NCBI GenBank assembly: GCA_017472965.1 | Contig: JAFUNR010000050.1 | Coordinates: 22,112-86,111 of the forward strand | Origin: Oscillospiraceae bacterium | GTDB taxonomy: Bacteria > Bacillota > Clostridia > Oscillospirales > Ruminococcaceae | Length of the DNA stretch: 64,000 bases | Direction: 5' to 3' | Part shown: positions 26,895 to 36,193 of the stretch, in pieces | How positions within the stretch are numbered: position 1 is the first letter of the stretch | Layout of the letters: the number at the start of each line of letters is the position of its first letter | The notes under the pieces: model-generated | What the model was told of the DNA's origin: nothing | Seen by the model: only the letters and a program-made list of their open reading frames with translations | The model's database searches: none | Position numbers and translations under genes: made by a program

Positions 26895-29083
26895 GCAGAA
26901 ATGAACGACAGCCCGGCGGCGGCCGGGCGAAGGGCCTCACCCGGCAGCAGAAGCAGTTCCTGCTTCTTGCGGCAGGCGTGATCCTTTTGGTCGCAGCGGT
27001 GATCGGCATCACTGTGGCCGTGTTCTTCAGCAAAAATCCGCAGAATGATCCCCCGGTCGAGACGGTGGATTCCATCAGCAGCGAGAGCGTCAATTCCGCT
27101 GATCTGGTGGAGGATACCGAGTACGATCCCACCAAAGATGTGCTGGATGTGGAGAAATACTCCGCCACCATTCTGCCCCTTACCGAGGATGCGGGCGAGG
27201 AATATGTGGATGGCACCTATTTTGTGGGCGACAGCAACACCTACCGCTACATGAGCTATTCCCACACCACGCTGAATAACACCATCGGTGTTGTCGGTAT
27301 GGGCATTCAGGATGTGCTCACCTCCAAGCTGGTCAAATTCGTCGGCTACAGCGACCGGGTCACCATTCCCGAGGCGCTGGCCATTGTACAGCCCCGCCGT
27401 ATTGTGATCAGTGTGGGCACCAACAATGCCAACGGCGACTGGTCGGCAGAGTATATGGCTGAGCAGTATGCTGCCATGCTGGACGGTATCGAGGCCAAGT
27501 GGCCCTATGCGGATATCATCATTGCGGCTATTCCGCCGGTGGCCCGTGTGCGTGACGGTTACCAGAATATCTCCATGTCCGTCATCGATAAATACAACAC
27601 CGCTCTGGCCGCTCTGGCCGAGGAGCGCGGCTGCAAGTTCCTGAATATCAGCGAAACGCTGAAGGACCCGGAAACCGGCTTTGCCAAGGACGGCTACACC
27701 GTTTCGGACGGCATTCATCTGAACCAGAAGGCCGTGGATGCTATCTTTGAGTATCTGCGCACCCATGCGCTCACCGGTACCGAGGATCGTCGTCCCATGC
27801 CGCTGAAGAAGATCCCCAAGCGTGATGAGCCCACGCCGCCTACTGTTGATGACAAGGCCGGCTATACCGGTACGGTGCCCGGCTCCATGTCCGCCAAGGA
27901 GGGTCTGGAGATCGTGTTCGCTGTCAACGATGCCAAAATGGGCACGCTGGAGGGCGAGGTGGAACAGATCGTTCCGGCCGGTGAAAAATGCACCGAAGTG
28001 GTGGCTGTGCCCAAGGAGAGCTACAGCTTTGCCTACTGGAGCTGCTCTGTGGGCCGTATCGATGATGTAAAGACCGAAAAGCTGATCTTTGTTTCTCCCG
28101 GCGGCTTTGATACCGATAAGGTGGTGGTCACCGCCAACTTTGTCAAGAGCGGCTATCTGGTCAGCGTCAAGAGCAGTGATGCCGCAGTGGGTACTGCTGG
28201 TATCCGTGTCGGCAGCGAACTGCTGAAGGAAAGCAATGTAGAGGAGGGCAAGAGCGTTCAGCTGTATGCCTCCCTGAATGCCGGCTACGGTGAGCAGTAT
28301 AAGTTTGCCGGTTGGCGCATCAAGGATAAGGATAACAATGTTGTCACCCTTTCCACCGAGCTGGAGTATACCTATACGCCTACCGGATCCGTCGAGATCA
28401 CCGCGGTGTTCGAGCCCAAATACAGCATTACGGTCAAGACCGACGGCACCGGCGGCTGCAGTGTCACCGGACAGGAATCCGCCGGTAAGTATATCGTCGA
28501 GGCCAAGGCGGCTGCCGGCTATGTGTTCGATTACTGGACCATCAACAACGGCACCCCGCAGTACGGCGAAGCACGGTTGGAGTTCAATCTGGCCGGCATT
28601 ACCGAGAATCTGAATGTGGTGGCTCATTTCAAGGCGGAGGGCGGCAGTTCCTCCGGCAGCAGCTCGGGAAGCGGTTCTTCCGGCAGCGGAAACTCCGCTT
28701 CCGACAGCAGCTCCTCCGGCAGCTCTGCGCACAGCCATGTGTGGGCATCCTCCTGGAGCAGCGATGGCACCGCCCATTGGCATGAGTGCACGGTCGCCGG
28801 TTGTCCTGTTACCGATAACACCCAGAAGGACGGCTACAGCGCTCACAGCTATACCGGTGCCAACTGCATCACCCCCGGCAGCTGCATCTGCGGTGCTGTG
28901 GGCAGCGTGGATGCGGCGGTACATACCGGCCGTACCGAGACCGTCAATGCCAGTGACAGCTATACCGGTGATGTGATCTGCTCTGACTGCAGAGCAACCA
29001 TTACCGTCGGTACGGCGATCACGCCGCCTCCGGCCGATCCCGGCACGGGTGCATCGGATGCGGATGACAGCAGCGAGGGCTGA
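26891..29083 (+). CDS. Membrane-anchored multidomain surface protein: SGNH/GDSL hydrolase, three to four InlB-B-repeat-like beta domains, a Ser/Gly linker and a Cys/His-rich C-terminal module
   Basis: TM helix at residues 24-45. GDS block (YFVGDSNTY), GTNNA and DGIHLN blocks of SGNH hydrolases. Repeated ...Y.F..W... modules (SYSFAYWSC, YKFAGWRIK, YVFDYWTIN). GGSSSGSSSGSGSSGSGNS linker. HWHECTVAGC / CxC / CxxC tail. ATGA overlap with prs. Confidence 0.7.
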   Translation: MSRNERQPGGGRAKGLTRQQKQFLLLAAGVILLVAAVIGITVAVFFSKNPQNDPPVETVDSISSESVNSADLVEDTEYDPTKDVLDVEKYSATILPLTEDAGEEYVDGTYFVGDSNTYRYMSYSHTTLNNTIGVVGMGIQDVLTSKLVKFVGYSDRVTIPEALAIVQPRRIVISVGTNNANGDWSAEYMAEQYAAMLDGIEAKWPYADIIIAAIPPVARVRDGYQNISMSVIDKYNTALAALAEERGCKFLNISETLKDPETGFAKDGYTVSDGIHLNQKAVDAIFEYLRTHALTGTEDRRPMPLKKIPKRDEPTPPTVDDKAGYTGTVPGSMSAKEGLEIVFAVNDAKMGTLEGEVEQIVPAGEKCTEVVAVPKESYSFAYWSCSVGRIDDVKTEKLIFVSPGGFDTDKVVVTANFVKSGYLVSVKSSDAAVGTAGIRVGSELLKESNVEEGKSVQLYASLNAGYGEQYKFAGWRIKDKDNNVVTLSTELEYTYTPTGSVEITAVFEPKYSITVKTDGTGGCSVTGQESAGKYIVEAKAAAGYVFDYWTINNGTPQYGEARLEFNLAGITENLNVVAHFKAEGGSSSGSSSGSGSSGSGNSASDSSSSGSSAHSHVWASSWSSDGTAHWHECTVAGCPVTDNTQKDGYSAHSYTGANCITPGSCICGAVGSVDAAVHTGRTETVNASDSYTGDVICSDCRATITVGTAITPPPADPGTGASDADDSSEG

Positions 29084-29123
29084 ATAAATGCAGCATCGGT
29101 TCCGTAAATGAAATCAGATCTGA

Positions 29124-29163
29124 CAGAAGGCGGCACAGTTTTCGTGCCGCCTTCTGTTGTTTG
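29124..29163 (+). terminator. Intrinsic terminator after the SGNH surface-protein gene
   Basis: 13-bp perfect stem CAGAAGGCGGCAC / GTGCCGCCTTCTG, then TTGTTTGG. Confidence 0.8.
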
Positions 29164-29254
29164 GCGATTTTACAGCAGCACTTTCTTTTCTTTCCGGGGC
29201 TGCTGTGGTATAATAAATACAGAAATACAAATACAGAAAGGAACAGCAAATGCT

Positions 29255-29926
29255 ATGAAAATCCCCGGTATTGCCGCTGATGTGCGCGGTGCGGTATTTG
29301 ATTTTGACGGCACGATCATGGATTCCATGCCTGACTGGGCAGGCAAGATGCTCCATTTACTGAATACACATCGGGTGCAGTATCCGGCGGATATCATCCG
29401 TACCGTCACACCGCTGGGCGACGGCGGCTCGGCGCGGTACTTCATCGATGTGCTGGGGCTGGATATGACCCCGCAGGCCATTCAGGCAGAGCTGGATGCC
29501 TATGCGCTGCCGAAATACCGGGATTCCATTCTGCCGAAGGCAGGCGTGGTGTCCCTGCTGGATGCGCTGCGCAGCGCCGGTGTGCCGGTATGTATCCTCA
29601 CCGCCAGCCCGCAGCACATGATCCGGCCATGTCTTGCCCGCAACGGTCTGACGGAATATTTCGATTTTGCGTGGTGCTGCGATGATCTGGGCATGAAGAA
29701 AAACCAGCCGGAGATCTATGTAAAAACCTGTGCCGAGCTGGGTACTCTGCCGGAAAACACCCTGTTTTTTGATGATAATCTGCTGGCGCTGTCCACGGCG
29801 ACGAAAGCGGGAATGCTCTCTGTCGGGGTATATGATGACAGCTCGGCTGCGGATGAGGAGGCTATCCGCGCCGTTACGATGCGCTATCTGCGCAGCTGGG
29901 ATGAATTGCTGCGGCCTGCGGAGTAA
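29255..29926 (+). CDS. HAD-superfamily hydrolase (subfamily IA). Start at MKIPGIAAD.
   Basis: DxDxT motif (VFDFDGTIMDS), a Thr/Ser motif (ILTAS) and FFDDN near the C-terminus. Confidence 0.8.
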   Translation: MKIPGIAADVRGAVFDFDGTIMDSMPDWAGKMLHLLNTHRVQYPADIIRTVTPLGDGGSARYFIDVLGLDMTPQAIQAELDAYALPKYRDSILPKAGVVSLLDALRSAGVPVCILTASPQHMIRPCLARNGLTEYFDFAWCCDDLGMKKNQPEIYVKTCAELGTLPENTLFFDDNLLALSTATKAGMLSVGVYDDSSAADEEAIRAVTMRYLRSWDELLRPAE

Positions 29927-29950
29927 AGGAAGTGCAGCTGCGAAAACTGT

Positions 29951-30000
29951 AAAAAGAACGGGAGCCGTCTGCGGCGATGTGCAGCGGCTCCCGTTTTTGG
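29951..30000. terminator. Bidirectional intrinsic terminator between the HAD gene and the convergent flavin reductase gene
   Basis: AAAAAG-AACGGGAGCCG ... CGGCTCCCGTT-TTTGG: an 11-bp stem flanked by A-run and T-run. Confidence 0.8.
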
Positions 30001-30003
30001 TGG

Positions 30004-30624
30004 TTATTTTTTCGGCGCCTGTTTGCGGGCGGCCGCCTTTTTTACAGCTTCCCTGCGGGCAGTGGATTTTTTCTTGACGCTGAAGCCGAAATGTCCCAGA
30101 CTTTTGCCCAGTGCAAAATACTGGCCGTGGGCATAGGCCACCAGACCGGCACGCTCCATGTGCAGCGCACCGCTTTCATCCAGCAGGCTGTCATCCACAT
30201 TCACGGCAACGATGTCTGCGAGGAACATATCGTGGCTGCCCATGGGGATGATCTGGCACACCTTGCATTCCAGTGTGATGGGACATTCACCGATCTGCGG
30301 TGCATTTACCAGACTGCAGGGCTCGGCGGTCAGGCCCATTTCGGTGAATTTCTGATGGTCGCGGCCGCTGCGCACACCGCACCAGTCGGCGGCTTTGATC
30401 AGCCGCTCGGTGGGCAGATTCAGCACAAACTCGCCGTTTTCCTTGATCAGGTGATAACTGAAGCGCTCCGGACGGATGGATACATAAGTTTTCGGTGGTA
30501 CACTGTTCACATTGCCGCACCATGCGGCGGTGATGATGTTGGGAGACTCCATTGTGCCGCAGCTGACCAGCATGGGCGGTACAGGAGCCACCAGAGTGCC
30601 GGGCTTCCAGGTCTGTTTTGCCAT
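30004..30624 (-). CDS. Flavin reductase-like (FMN-binding split-barrel) protein with a Lys/Ala-rich C-terminal tail
   Basis: PGTLVAPVPPMLVSCG...NIITAAWCG is typical of the flavin reductase family N-terminus. The tail is VKKKSTARREAVKKAAARKQAPKK. Confidence 0.85.
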   Translation of the reverse strand: MAKQTWKPGTLVAPVPPMLVSCGTMESPNIITAAWCGNVNSVPPKTYVSIRPERFSYHLIKENGEFVLNLPTERLIKAADWCGVRSGRDHQKFTEMGLTAEPCSLVNAPQIGECPITLECKVCQIIPMGSHDMFLADIVAVNVDDSLLDESGALHMERAGLVAYAHGQYFALGKSLGHFGFSVKKKSTARREAVKKAAARKQAPKK

Positions 30625-30670
30625 AAATTTCTCCTTTTGTCCTGCAGGCGGTTTTTCTGCCGCAGGAATT

Positions 30671-31642
30671 TCAGTTGTCCTTCACCGGGGTGCTGCCATC
30701 GGTGGATTCACAGATGATGAAGCGTGGACGGCGCTTGACTTCGCTGTAGATCTTGCCTACATATTCGCCGATCACGCCCAGACACAGCAGCTGGATGCCG
30801 CCCATAAAGCAGACAATGCACACCGTAGAGGCCCAGCCGGCCACCACATTGCCCAGAATCGCCTGCACGATGGCCCAGATGATGGCCAGAAAACCGGCCA
30901 GAGAGATCAGCAGGCCCAGTGCGGTGATCAGGCGGATCGGCTTGATGGAAAGGCTGGTGATGCCGTCAAAGGCAAAGGCCAGCATCTTTTTCAAAGGGTA
31001 ATGGCTTTCGCCGGCAATGCGCTCGTACCGTTCGTAATACACGCTGGTGCTTTTGAAGCCTACCAGCGGCATCATGCCCCGCAAAAACAGATTGACCTCC
31101 CTGTACTGGGCAAGCCCGTCCAGTGCGCGGCGGCTCAGCAGACGATAGTCTGCATGATTGTACACACTGTCTACGCCAAGCCCTTTCATCAGCTTGTAAA
31201 AACTTTCGGCGGTAAATCGTTTGAAGAAGGTGTCGGTATCCCGTTTGCTGCGCACACCGTACACCACATCACAGCCATCATGGAACTGCCGCAGCATCTC
31301 ATCCATGGCATTGATATCATCCTGTCCGTCGCAGTCGATGGAGATGGTCACATCTGCAGACTGCCGCGCCGTCATCAGTCCGGCCAGCAGGGCGTTCTGG
31401 TGGCCGCGGTTGCGGGAAAGACAGATACCGGTGAAATGTTCGTCTGCAGCGCAAAGCTCACGGATGATGCGCCAGGTATCATCGCGGCTGCCGTCATTGA
31501 CAAACAGAATGCGGCTGTTTCCGGCACAAAGACCCTGTGCGATCAGTTCCTGCAGCTTGTTCAGAAAAAGCGGCGCAGTAACAGGCAAAACCTCCTGTTC
31601 GTTGTAACAGGGGATCACGAGATACAGAGTGGCAGAACTCAT
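30671..31642 (-). CDS. GT2 polyprenyl-phosphate glycosyltransferase (GtrB/CsbB-like) with two C-terminal TM helices. Start at MSSATLYLVIPCYNE.
   Basis: IPCYNE, VNDGSRD, DCDGQDD (DxD) motifs, then two hydrophobic helices. GGAGG RBS on the minus strand before the start at 31642. Confidence 0.85.
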   Translation of the reverse strand: MSSATLYLVIPCYNEQEVLPVTAPLFLNKLQELIAQGLCAGNSRILFVNDGSRDDTWRIIRELCAADEHFTGICLSRNRGHQNALLAGLMTARQSADVTISIDCDGQDDINAMDEMLRQFHDGCDVVYGVRSKRDTDTFFKRFTAESFYKLMKGLGVDSVYNHADYRLLSRRALDGLAQYREVNLFLRGMMPLVGFKSTSVYYERYERIAGESHYPLKKMLAFAFDGITSLSIKPIRLITALGLLISLAGFLAIIWAIVQAILGNVVAGWASTVCIVCFMGGIQLLCLGVIGEYVGKIYSEVKRRPRFIICESTDGSTPVKDN

Positions 31643-31685
31643 AGGTGGCCTCCGTGTGTGAAATGTGATTTGATAGGTCCATTGT

Positions 31686-33863
31686 TTAACTGGCGGGAAA
31701 GACCTCGTAGATGCGTACACTGTCCTGTGAGAAGACACAGGGGAAGCACTGCAGTTGGGTATCGGTGCCCCAGAAAGACTGAGAACTGAAGATCAAATGG
31801 GTGATACCATAACGCTCGCAAAGAATGCGGATGGTTTCGGCATCTGTGACAGCGCTGAACAACTGTTCGTTGACCGCAATACGCTCGTTTACCACGGCCT
31901 CGGAAACTCCCATGTTGGTCACGGCATATTGATAGCCTTCCATAAAGCCCTGTCGACCGGAAAATGCGGAATAGATGTTGGAGACACCTTCCTTGCGATT
32001 GCCGGTGTGGATACGGTTGGTGGCAAACATGCACACCTGTGCGTCGGTGTTTTCCCGCAGCCACAGTGCAGCCAGTTCGTCCTCGGCGGTCAACTCACAG
32101 TCATAATCATATTTTTCTGTGATGTTGTAATTGCGCAGCAGCTGACGCAGACCACTGCCGCACAGATTAACATAGTTGAAAGCAGCGGTGAGCAGACCGA
32201 TAGCAGCCATCAGGGCAACACAGATGACCCAGCCACGGCAAAGAATAGTGCGCAGCCCGGCATTACGGCCGGTGAGACGCTGCCACCAGACAGGGAGATT
32301 GTCCAGCTGGCGAATGGCCAGCAGATTCAGAAAAACGATAGCCAGCAGGAAAAAGTAAATCTGGCTCAGCGAAGGATGGTCATAGAGAAAGTAAGCCAGA
32401 GTGCCGCCGGCAGCGCAGGCGCTGGCAAAAAGAACATCGGCATCAAGCTTGAACAATCGGCGGATGTCTCCGACGGCACCTGCCAGAACCAAGGGCATGG
32501 CAGCGGGCAGCATCAGTATAGCCTGTATAGGTATAAGTGCCACCAGCATCACTTTGTGGAGGGTGGGGGCAGTGGCCTTCAGATCCAGCAGCCAGCTGCC
32601 GAACAGACCTTTTTCCAGTGTGCCGGAAAGTGAGAGAGAAACGCTGGTGGTGGGGCCGGAACTGAACATGGTAAGGTATACCGTGAGGAACACCGCTCCT
32701 ACGGTCAGGGCCAGCAGCACGCCGCAAAATCCAGTCTTTTTCTGTACCAACAGCAGCAGAACGGTCAGTACGACGGCACAGGCAACAATGGCAGCGGCGG
32801 GGCCTTTGGCAAAACACAGCAGTACAAAACTTGCGACAGTGACCACGAAAGGAATAAAGCCGATGCGGAATTTCAATTGCGCCGCCCGCAGGAATAATGC
32901 GGTGAAGATGGTGAGATGAATGACGAGTGTCGTCTGAGAATTGATATTGGTCACCAGGTGGATGATATTGGTGGTCCAGAACTTTGACCAGCCGTTGGGC
33001 AGGATTGCCCAAAGGCTGGCGCAGGCGAAAATAAAAGGAGAAAAAACAAACAGCATGGCTTTGCCTGTGTGTGGCTGGCCGTCTTGATTGCGAAAGAAAG
33101 AACAGCCGAAGCGGTACAGGCAGGCTATCAATGCGCACAGAGTCAGCGGCTGTTGATAAAAGGCCAGAATGTTATAGCAGGAAGTACCGGTGATCAGAGA
33201 CAAACAGGCAGTGATCATTTCTGTAAGATAGTGGTAGGTTAGCCGTACATCGTAAAAACGCAGGTCCTCCGGAGGAAATTGGATGAGAAAGCTTTCGGCA
33301 TTGCCCACATTCCACAGAAAATCCTGATTGGGCAGAATGATGCCCGCGATGGTGGCATGGGTATACTTGACGGCACCGCACCAACCGTAGACGAAAATCA
33401 ACGCAGAAGCCAATAAAGCGAGCAACAACCGTTCGCCTGTCAGCAGACGGCCGGAGAATTCCCGGATACGCGCGGCGGTCGCGCGCAGAGGGCGGACCAT
33501 GGGGCGGAATATCACCAACCCGGCCAGCCCGCACAGCGGCTGGATGTATTGTATCAGCCAGTGTATGTTTAGACGGATCGCCACGCAGAAGCATACCACC
33601 AGACTGCCTGTGCCCAACAGCAGTGTCAGAGGAAAAGTATATCCGGGCAGGAAGGCATCCAGATTCAGCAGCTTTCGCCAGAAACGGCCCGGCAGCAGAA
33701 TATAAAAAACAACGGCAAGGATCACAGCAGCCAATTCCATCAGACTGCCGCCGGCAGAAAGCATCAATGCGATATATACGAGTAAAGCGCAGCACAGCAA
33801 AATCAGCTTGCCGCGTTTCCAACCATGAACAAAGCGTGTGAAAGGGGATGGGATTGTTTCCAT
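31686..33863 (-). CDS. Large polytopic membrane protein with a C-terminal soluble domain; putative GT-C-type glycosyltransferase partner of the GtrB-like enzyme
   Basis: 725 aa with more than 12 predicted hydrophobic helices in the first 550 aa, then a soluble tail. Immediately upstream of and co-oriented with the GT2 gene. Function is inferred from context only. Confidence 0.55.
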   Translation of the reverse strand: METIPSPFTRFVHGWKRGKLILLCCALLVYIALMLSAGGSLMELAAVILAVVFYILLPGRFWRKLLNLDAFLPGYTFPLTLLLGTGSLVVCFCVAIRLNIHWLIQYIQPLCGLAGLVIFRPMVRPLRATAARIREFSGRLLTGERLLLALLASALIFVYGWCGAVKYTHATIAGIILPNQDFLWNVGNAESFLIQFPPEDLRFYDVRLTYHYLTEMITACLSLITGTSCYNILAFYQQPLTLCALIACLYRFGCSFFRNQDGQPHTGKAMLFVFSPFIFACASLWAILPNGWSKFWTTNIIHLVTNINSQTTLVIHLTIFTALFLRAAQLKFRIGFIPFVVTVASFVLLCFAKGPAAAIVACAVVLTVLLLLVQKKTGFCGVLLALTVGAVFLTVYLTMFSSGPTTSVSLSLSGTLEKGLFGSWLLDLKATAPTLHKVMLVALIPIQAILMLPAAMPLVLAGAVGDIRRLFKLDADVLFASACAAGGTLAYFLYDHPSLSQIYFFLLAIVFLNLLAIRQLDNLPVWWQRLTGRNAGLRTILCRGWVICVALMAAIGLLTAAFNYVNLCGSGLRQLLRNYNITEKYDYDCELTAEDELAALWLRENTDAQVCMFATNRIHTGNRKEGVSNIYSAFSGRQGFMEGYQYAVTNMGVSEAVVNERIAVNEQLFSAVTDAETIRILCERYGITHLIFSSQSFWGTDTQLQCFPCVFSQDSVRIYEVFPAS

Positions 33864-34092
33864 GGGTATCTCTTTCCCGCAGTGAGTACCGCGTGGTTAT
33901 ATATATTTATTTTACATTATAGACCAATTTACAGCGCATTGCAAGGGTAGAAACAGGCAGAGACCCTTGCAAGCAGAAGCACCGCATGGTAAAATAATGA
34001 AAACGCAGGATAAAAGAATTGTTTTTTGAAAAGAGTATATTACATAAATCCTGCATTGCAAAAGTATCACCGGCACAAAGGAGATTGTTGGC

Positions 34093-34932
34093 ATGAAGAT
34101 CATCATCGGTATTGATGTGGGCGGGTCCACCACCAAGATCGTGGGATACCGCAAGGATCGCAGCCTTCTGGGTGTGCAGCGCGTGGTGGCAAAGGATCCT
34201 GTCACCTCGGTGTACGGCGCTCTGGGACGCTTTATCAGTGAAAACAGGCTGCAGCTTTCCGAGGTGGAGCATATCGTGCTCACCGGTGTGGGCGCATCCC
34301 ATTTTGACGGCGATCTGTACGGCATCCCCACCACCAAGGCGGTGGAATTTCAGGCCATCGGCCGCGGCGGCCTGGAGCTTTCCGGCAAGGAACATGCGCT
34401 GGTGGTCAGTCTGGGCACCGGTACGGCGTTTGTGGAGGCCAGCCGTTCCGCCGGCAGCCGTCATATCGGCGGCAGCGGTGTGGGCGGCGGCACCCTGATC
34501 GGTCTGTGCGGGCGTCTTGCCCAGACCAGCAGCTTTGACACCGTGCTGCAGATGGCCCACAAGGGTGACTTGCACAAGGTGGATCTGACCATCGGCGATA
34601 TCAGTACCCGGGATGTGGGCAATATGAACGCCGATGTCACCGCCGCCAATTTCGGCAAGCTGGCGGATGATGCCGCGCCGGAGGATCTGGTGGCGGGCGT
34701 GGTCAACATGGTGTTCCAGACCATCGGTATGCTGGCGGTGTTTGCTTTGCGCAGCAGCGAGACCAGGGATGTTATCCTCACCGGTACGCTCACCGTCATG
34801 CCGGAGATCCGCGATGTGTTCCGCGCACTGGAAGAGCTGCATCCGGTCAATTTTATCCTGCCGGAGAATGCCGTCTTTGGCACCGCGATCGGCGCGGCAC
34901 TGCTGTATCTGGATAAGGAGCTGGAAAGCTGA
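34093..34932 (+). CDS. coaW: Type II pantothenate kinase
   Basis: ASKHA-fold motifs GIDVGGSTTK, SLGTGTAF, GGSGVGGGT. Size and sequence match my recollection of CoaW-type PanK. Confidence 0.8.
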   Translation: MKIIIGIDVGGSTTKIVGYRKDRSLLGVQRVVAKDPVTSVYGALGRFISENRLQLSEVEHIVLTGVGASHFDGDLYGIPTTKAVEFQAIGRGGLELSGKEHALVVSLGTGTAFVEASRSAGSRHIGGSGVGGGTLIGLCGRLAQTSSFDTVLQMAHKGDLHKVDLTIGDISTRDVGNMNADVTAANFGKLADDAAPEDLVAGVVNMVFQTIGMLAVFALRSSETRDVILTGTLTVMPEIRDVFRALEELHPVNFILPENAVFGTAIGAALLYLDKELES

Positions 34933-35080
34933 GCCTGTAAAAGGAGCTGCTGCAAAATCATAAACCGGAAAGAGGCGGCACGAAAACCGTACCGCCCCGT
35001 CCAATTTGATTTGCTGTTCCGGGCAAGCTGCCGCAAGTGTGAAGAGCTTCTCCTGTCCGCAGAACCGCCTGGCGCAATAT

Positions 35081-36067
35081 TCAGTGCGGCAGCAGGCCGA
35101 TGGTATACCCCTCTGTGCGCAGGTTATCGATCAGATCGCCCATCAGCGCCGCATTGGTGGAGCTGACGGTGTGCAGCAGGTAGATGGCCCCCGGATGGGC
35201 CGCTTTGGTCAGCTTCTGCAGGCTGCCGCTCACATCCGGCTGGGCGTCGGTCTTCCAGTCCACATAGGCATAGCTCCAGAATACGCTGGCGTAGCCCAGA
35301 TCCCGTGCCTGCACCAGCGTTTTCTCGCTGAATTCCCCGCGGGGAAAGCGGAACAGTGTCATCTCATAGCCGAAATGCTCTTTCACATACTCGTGCAGTC
35401 CCATGATCTCCTGCTCGGCCTCCTGCGGGGTACAGGCGGGCATACTGGGATGGTGCACCGAATGGTTGCCCAGCACATGGCCCTCGTCGATGATGCGCTG
35501 TACAAGCTCCGGCGCACTTTTCACATAATCCATGGTGACAAAAAAGACTCCCCTAGCGCCCTTTTCCTTTAAGGCGTCCAGAATGGGCGCGGTATAGCCG
35601 TTTTCATATCCCAGATCAAAGGTCAGATAGACCGTGTTGCCGGCCTCCGGCAGAATAAAATATCCGCCCAGCTCGCCGTATTGCTGCAGTCCGTACAGCG
35701 CACCGGTGGGCTGGTTTTTTTCGTTGACCTCCACGCCCTGGCCCCAGCCCACCGTATTGCCGGAAAGCTGCGCCCGCCGCTCGCCGGAAAGCACCGGCCA
35801 TTCCACGCCGCCGGCAATGTTTTCGGCGGCGGTTTTGCTGCCGGCAGCCGGTGCTGCCGCAGCGGTATCCTGCACCGGGGCGCGGTCCGCCGCATAGGGC
35901 TCGATGGGATCGTAAATTTCGCCCGGCTCGGTGACAATGGGTTCGGTATCGCGGGCAAGCCACAGCCCCAGCAGATATGCACCGCCCAGCAGCGCCGCTG
36001 CGGAAAAGAAGATCACCAGCAGGATCTTCAGATAGGGAACAGAAGAGGATTCGCTTTTGTGCCGCAT
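35081..36067 (-). CDS. Polysaccharide deacetylase (NodB domain, PdaA-like) with an N-terminal TM anchor. Start at MRHKSESS.
   Basis: NodB motifs TFDLGYENGY, HSVHHP and LLH. The upstream 417 codons of the 745-aa ORF-track entry are antisense to tldD and not coding. Confidence 0.85.
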   Translation of the reverse strand: MRHKSESSSVPYLKILLVIFFSAAALLGGAYLLGLWLARDTEPIVTEPGEIYDPIEPYAADRAPVQDTAAAAPAAGSKTAAENIAGGVEWPVLSGERRAQLSGNTVGWGQGVEVNEKNQPTGALYGLQQYGELGGYFILPEAGNTVYLTFDLGYENGYTAPILDALKEKGARGVFFVTMDYVKSAPELVQRIIDEGHVLGNHSVHHPSMPACTPQEAEQEIMGLHEYVKEHFGYEMTLFRFPRGEFSEKTLVQARDLGYASVFWSYAYVDWKTDAQPDVSGSLQKLTKAAHPGAIYLLHTVSSTNAALMGDLIDNLRTEGYTIGLLPH

Positions 36068-36193
36068 AAATAGACCTCCGTTTTTCTTTTTACCCATACC
36101 ATGTGCAGCAAACCGCCGGATATACCCCGCCGGGTGCATTGCATTTTGAAAAAAACCTGTTATACTGGTATTAAAATCAAAGATGAAGAAGGG

